A stretch of 64,000 nucleotides of DNA from Candidatus Latescibacterota bacterium (GTDB taxonomy: Bacteria > Latescibacterota > UBA2968 > UBA8231), in contig CBDCXV010000011.1 in the NCBI GenBank assembly GCA_965223905.1, positions 1,472,001-1,536,000 on the forward strand. The letters are read 5' to 3'. The notes beneath the pieces were generated by a model that saw only the letters and a list, made by a program, of their open reading frames with translations, was not told the origin of the DNA and did no database searches. Each line of letters opens with the position of its first letter. Within the stretch, counting starts at the first letter, position 1. Below, one piece after another: positions 59,698-64,000 of the stretch. The position numbers were made by a program, and so were the translations under genes.

Positions 59698-60790
59698 GGC
59701 CGCGCCTTCCCAGCACGAGGCTGCGGTCGTCGAGCGGCAGGTCGACGCGGACATGGCCGCGGCGGTGGGACTCCCTCAGGGCTATGGCGATCTCGAGGGC
59801 TTCGCGGCCGAACTCGCCGGGGCAGGTGCGCTCCTCCCCTTCCTCGATGGAGCGGCACACCCCCTCGATGGCGTCGACCATGGAGCTGCGCGGGTACCAC
59901 GGATTGGGGAACTGCCGCTGCAGGGAAGTGCCGGTATCCGGGTCCGTCGTCCACAGCTCGAACTGCGCGTGGGCGTTGCGCGACAGGATGCGGCCTCGCT
60001 CCCCGATGAACTCGACCGTCCACTGGTACCCGCTGTGCTGCTCGCAGCGCGAGTTCAGCAGGGCCCGCACCCCGTTCTCGTAGACGACGTACCCCGAGCC
60101 CGGAAGGTCGCCGCTCCCGGCCGCCTCGGCATCGCTGTCCATGTGGCCGAAGACCCAGCTCGCCGGGGCCCCGGCGAACAGGCGCAGCAGCGCCAGGGTG
60201 TGGCTGCCGATGTTGGAGAGCGAGGAGGTGCAGTGGCAGACCATCGAGCGCAGCTCGCCGATGGCGCCGGCGGCGATCGCCTCGCGGGCGCTCGTGTACC
60301 AGCCGTACCAGTTGAGGTGGCAGGCGATCGCCAGGATGACCCCGTTGTCGCGGCAGGCGGCGATCATGGCGTCCGCCTCGGCCAGGGTCCGGCACATCGG
60401 CTTGGTGGCGAAGATCCCCTTCACCCCCGCTTCCGCGAGGCCGATCACCACCTCGGCCCGCTCCTCCGGACCGGTGGTCACGGCGACGAGATCCGGTTTC
60501 TCCCGGGCCGCCATCTCGCGGTAGTCGCGGTACAGGGCCTCGACGTTCCAGCGCCGCCGGAAGTCGTCGAGCTTGCCCTCGTCGACGTCGGCCGCGGCGA
60601 CCAGCTCGGCGTTGCGCGCCTCGATGATGGCCGGCGCGTGCGCCCACGGCCACGGGTAGTGGGGCATGCCGATGTGCTCGTCGTCGATGGTGCTGCCCAT
60701 GCGGCCGCAGCCGACCACCGCGGCGCGGTGGATCCTTCGGGGACGGGTCCGCTCTACCTCTCGGAACGCTTCACCGCGAACAGGTGCCAC
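59690..60790 (-). CDS. Gfo/Idh/MocA oxidoreductase (start uncertain)
   Basis: AAVVGCGRMG, ATKPM, GAIGEL, GSH. Confidence 0.85.
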   Translation of the reverse strand: MAPVRGEAFREVERTRPRRIHRAAVVGCGRMGSTIDDEHIGMPHYPWPWAHAPAIIEARNAELVAAADVDEGKLDDFRRRWNVEALYRDYREMAAREKPDLVAVTTGPEERAEVVIGLAEAGVKGIFATKPMCRTLAEADAMIAACRDNGVILAIACHLNWYGWYTSAREAIAAGAIGELRSMVCHCTSSLSNIGSHTLALLRLFAGAPASWVFGHMDSDAEAAGSGDLPGSGYVVYENGVRALLNSRCEQHSGYQWTVEFIGERGRILSRNAHAQFELWTTDPDTGTSLQRQFPNPWYPRSSMVDAIEGVCRSIEEGEERTCPGEFGREALEIAIALRESHRRGHVRVDLPLDDRSLVLGRRGLA

Positions 60791-60965
60791 GTTTCGTGCC
60801 TCTCGCTTTCGTTTGGGGGACGGGAGTTGGATATTTCCGGCGGCTGCCGGCGACGGAAGATACCGGGCAGCAGGGGCTGCGACAATGCGCCGCGGCGGCG
60901 CTTTCCCGGACAGCTTCTGCCCCCCGAAACCGCCCCAATTTTCACTCCTCAGACAAGGACGAATC

Positions 60966-61706
60966 GTGAACGACTTCGAACAGGCTGTCCACGAGATCGA
61001 GATCTACGGCTTCACGGTGCTGGAAACGGTGCTCGACCCGACGGAAGTGGAACAGATGCGCGAGGCCCTGATCCGCTGCGAGCAGGAGGTCGGCACCGAG
61101 CAAACCCACCGGGGATCGGCGCGGCACGTCTCCAACCTGCCGGTGCTCGACCCGGTCTTCTTCCGCTGCATCGACCACCCGCGCACCCTGCCGCTGCTCG
61201 AGCACTTCCTCGGAGACAACCTGATCCTCGGCAGCCTCAACTCCCGCATCGTGCGCCCCGGCGACGGCTACCAGGAGTTCCACAGCGACATCCCGGTGGG
61301 GATGCTGAACATGGCCTCGCCGGTGATGATGAACACGGTCTGGATGCTCGACGACTTCAGCCCGGAGAACGGCGGCACCCGGGTGGTGCCGGGGTCGCAC
61401 AAGAGCGGGCTCGGGGTCCCTCCCGAGGGGTTCGAGGTCGCCCACGTCGTGCAGCCGCCGGCGCCTGCGGGGAGCGTGCTGGTGTTCAACGGCCAGTGCT
61501 GGCACGCCGGCGGCGCCAACAACAGCAGCGCCAACCGCCACGCCCTCTTCGGGCACTACCGCAAGCACATGCTGGTGTTCCAGCTCGACCCGCACGACGG
61601 GTTTCCCGCGGAGTGGTACGGGCGGCTCAACCAGCGCCAGAAGGAGCTCCTGCGCATGCAGCGCGGGCTCGGGGCCCTGCACGCCTCCGACAGCCACTTC
61701 CGCTGA
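60966..61706 (+). CDS. PhyH-family oxygenase
   Basis: GTG 60966; YGFTVL, FHSD, WMLDDFSPENGGTRVVPGSH, WHAGG.N...R. Confidence 0.9.
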   Translation: MNDFEQAVHEIEIYGFTVLETVLDPTEVEQMREALIRCEQEVGTEQTHRGSARHVSNLPVLDPVFFRCIDHPRTLPLLEHFLGDNLILGSLNSRIVRPGDGYQEFHSDIPVGMLNMASPVMMNTVWMLDDFSPENGGTRVVPGSHKSGLGVPPEGFEVAHVVQPPAPAGSVLVFNGQCWHAGGANNSSANRHALFGHYRKHMLVFQLDPHDGFPAEWYGRLNQRQKELLRMQRGLGALHASDSHFR

Positions 61707-61718
61707 GCCGGCCCGGGG

Positions 61719-62486
61719 TCACCCCTGCTGCGGGATCGCGGCCAGCAACTGCGTCCAGGCCTTGCCGAGATCCATGACGTCGCCGCCGCAGATGACGAGG
61801 TCGCAGCCGGCCTCCATCGCCGCCTCGAGCAGCGGCCCGGGAAGGGTGAAGATGCCGCTGAGCTTGCCCGCGGCCCTGGCCTTCTCGATGCAGGAGAGCA
61901 CCATCCCGCGCAGCCGCGGGTCGGTCATCTGCCCGGTGACCCCGAGGTTGACGGAGAGGTCCCCCGGCCCGAGGAAGATGCCGCTCAGCCCCTCGACGGC
62001 GAGGATCTCGTCGGCGTTCCCGACCGCGGCCTCGGTCTCGATCTGGGTGAAGAGGAAGGTGCGCTCGTTGGCGCGCGCCATCGCCCTCACCGGATCCTCG
62101 AGCCCGAAGTCCATGCCCGGGGTGCGGGTGTTGTAGCCGCGCGCCCCCACCGGGGAGTACTTGCCGTACTCGACCACCCTGCGGGCGTACCCGGCGTCGT
62201 CCACCATCGGCACGACGAGGATGCGCGCGCCCGACTCCAGGGCGCGCAGCACGTTGTTGCGCTCCCCGTCCGGCAGGCGCACCAGCGGGGCGACGCCTCC
62301 GGCCTCGGCCGCGGTGCACATCGCCTCGACGCGCTCGAACCCGGCGGGGCCGTGCTCCATCTCGATCCAGACCGCCTCCCAGCCGATGCGCGCCGCCAGC
62401 CTGACGAGAAGCGGCGAGCCGCTGTTGACGGTGACGCCGCGCACCCGCCGCGGCTTTCCCGCGGCGTCGAGAAACAGGTTGTCCAT
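61719..62486 (-). CDS. HpcH/HpaI aldolase family
   Basis: WIEMEH, LVR, VPMV, YSPVGARG, QIET, GPGDLS; AGGAG RBS. Confidence 0.88.
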   Translation of the reverse strand: MDNLFLDAAGKPRRVRGVTVNSGSPLLVRLAARIGWEAVWIEMEHGPAGFERVEAMCTAAEAGGVAPLVRLPDGERNNVLRALESGARILVVPMVDDAGYARRVVEYGKYSPVGARGYNTRTPGMDFGLEDPVRAMARANERTFLFTQIETEAAVGNADEILAVEGLSGIFLGPGDLSVNLGVTGQMTDPRLRGMVLSCIEKARAAGKLSGIFTLPGPLLEAAMEAGCDLVICGGDVMDLGKAWTQLLAAIPQQG

Positions 62487-62679
62487 TGCTTGCTCTCCTC
62501 GGCCCGGGAGCCCTTCCTGCAGGAGGCTCCCGCAGCCCGGGTGGTAGTTGAAACAGGTCCTTCCGCTTGCAGATGCGCTTCAGAGTATGGGAGCCGGTGG
62601 CAAAAGTCCATCCGCCGCGGCCTTGCGTTCCGGGCGGCGGGGAGGCTTTATCAGCAGCCTGCCAGCCCGTGAACGCTCC

Positions 62680-62916
62680 CTCCCCGATTCCCCTGCGATT
62701 CGACCCGGCCGCGCGCCCGGCACCTTCTGGGTGCAGGACCCGCGCGCCCTTCACCGCGGCACCCCCAACACCTCGGACAGGCCGCGGCCGGAACTGGTGA
62801 TCTGCTACTCCCTCTCCTGGTTCCGCATCAGCCGGCCGGTCGAGATCCACCGAGAAAGTTTCGAGCAGCTCGACGCACGCGGGAAGGAGCTTTTCAGCCG
62901 CGCCGAGGTGCTGTAG
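62680..62916 (+). pseudogene. 3' remnant of a PhyH-family gene
   Basis: PGTFWVQDPRALHRGTPNTSDRPRPELVICY..W, the PhyH C-terminal H-x-G-x-x-N...R region, with no N-terminal part. Confidence 0.6.
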
Positions 62917-63013
62917 TCCGGCAGGGATCGCCGCGGGCGTGGCCCTGGTTTCGCGAACTTCATCCCCTGAATCCGGCCGCCCCGTTCCTTCCGGGCCTGC
63001 CCCCGAAGACGCG

Positions 63014-64000
63014 CTAACCCTCTTCGGCAAGCACGCCGTCGAACCACTCGAGCACGCGCAGGGTGCGCTCGGTGCTCAGGTCGCCGTGCTTGCCGTCGTA
63101 CTCCTCGTAGATGTGCGGCACCTGCGCTTCTTCGAGGCGCTCGTGCAGGATGCGGTGCCCGAGGTGGAAGTGGTACTCGTCGCGGAATCCGCAATCGGTG
63201 AACAGGTGCATGCTGCGGAAGGCCGCGGCGTACCTCTCGTACGCCCGTACCGGGTCGAAGTGCAGCCACTTCCGCCACACCTCCTCGTCGAGGTCGCCGT
63301 TGGGAAAGCGGATCGGCAGGTCGCCGCAGTAGGGGGGGTTGTCCGGGTTGGGGGAATAGGCCGCGGCGAGGCCGTAGCAGATCCAGGAGTTGTAGTTGTC
63401 CCGGATCGGCCCGTTGAACCCCTTGGGCCAGGAGGAGTTCACCAGGTCGACGAGCCAGGGGACATGGGTGACCTCGAAGTAGATGTCGGCGCTACGGACC
63501 GCGGCCGCGGCGAAGATCTCGGGGAAGCCGCCGCCTACGTGGAAGGCCCCGATGCCGCCGCTCGAGACCCCGGTCACCAGGCGGTGGCTGCGCTCCGGCA
63601 CGGTGCGGTAATGGGCGTCGACGTAGCCGACCACGTCGTCGGCCACGTAGCTGGCGTAGTTGCCGTTGATCCCCGAATCGACCCACTGGCTGCAGCCCCA
63701 GCGGTTGTGGCCGTCCGGGGCGACGAGGATCATCTCCCGGCAGCTCTCCCCCTGCATCCGCTCGTCCGCGGCGTGCAGGAAGGAGCGCCAGCCCGGCCCC
63801 GAGGAGAGGGAGAAGTCGTTGGCCCAGGACCACGCGGTGCCGCCGAAGCCGTGCAGGATGTAGGCGACCGGGTAGCGCCGCGACTCCGACTCGCCGTAGG
63901 AACGCGGCAGCAGCACGGCGAGGTTGCGGACCGCGGGATCCCCCAGCCTGTTGTCTTCGAGATGGCGCCCGTGAATGGTGTCGATCTGCAGTCGTTGCGC
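63014..64000 (-). CDS. Esterase (enterochelin esterase/XynC-like alpha/beta hydrolase), start beyond the window
   Basis: Frame open to the window end (..LEDNRLGDPAVRNLAVLLP); YPVAYILHG, GVSSGG nucleophile elbow, DCGFRDE, YDGKH. Confidence 0.85.
   Translation of the reverse strand, partial: AQRLQIDTIHGRHLEDNRLGDPAVRNLAVLLPRSYGESESRRYPVAYILHGFGGTAWSWANDFSLSSGPGWRSFLHAADERMQGESCREMILVAPDGHNRWGCSQWVDSGINGNYASYVADDVVGYVDAHYRTVPERSHRLVTGVSSGGIGAFHVGGGFPEIFAAAAVRSADIYFEVTHVPWLVDLVNSSWPKGFNGPIRDNYNSWICYGLAAAYSPNPDNPPYCGDLPIRFPNGDLDEEVWRKWLHFDPVRAYERYAAAFRSMHLFTDCGFRDEYHFHLGHRILHERLEEAQVPHIYEEYDGKHGDLSTERTLRVLEWFDGVLAEEG

Overview
GC-rich bacterial DNA, probably from a marine or sponge-associated heterotroph of the Latescibacterota/Poribacteria type (inferred from gene content only). 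The backbone is catabolic: seven phytanoyl-CoA dioxygenase (PhyH)-family genes plus two remnants, three mandelate racemase/enolase-superfamily genes, two HpcH aldolases, two Gfo/Idh/MocA oxidoreductases, a PQQ dehydrogenase with a cytochrome c, and a CRTAC1/FG-GAP protein. Defence-type modules are interspersed: a nurA-herA pair split by an AT-rich HTH/GIY-YIG-like gene, a fused MNT-HEPN toxin-antitoxin, McrBC with an unusual N-terminus, an AlbA/Schlafen gene coupled to an SF2 helicase, and a decayed AAA_21/DUF4276 pair. The largest module is a ~15.7 kb co-directional island (19922-35602) behind a long palindrome. It holds an AAA_14-DUF4143 ATPase, a STAND NTPase with a C-terminal nuclease, a type IIG R-M enzyme, a Dsr1-like SIR2 protein flanked by two versions of the R-M 3' end, and a BrnT toxin overlapping an antitoxin-like/FRG/TPR fusion. 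Several deletion scars, nonsense codons and frameshifts are visible. No rRNA, tRNA, CRISPR array, integrase or transposase was recognised. All family calls come from motif recognition, not database searches.
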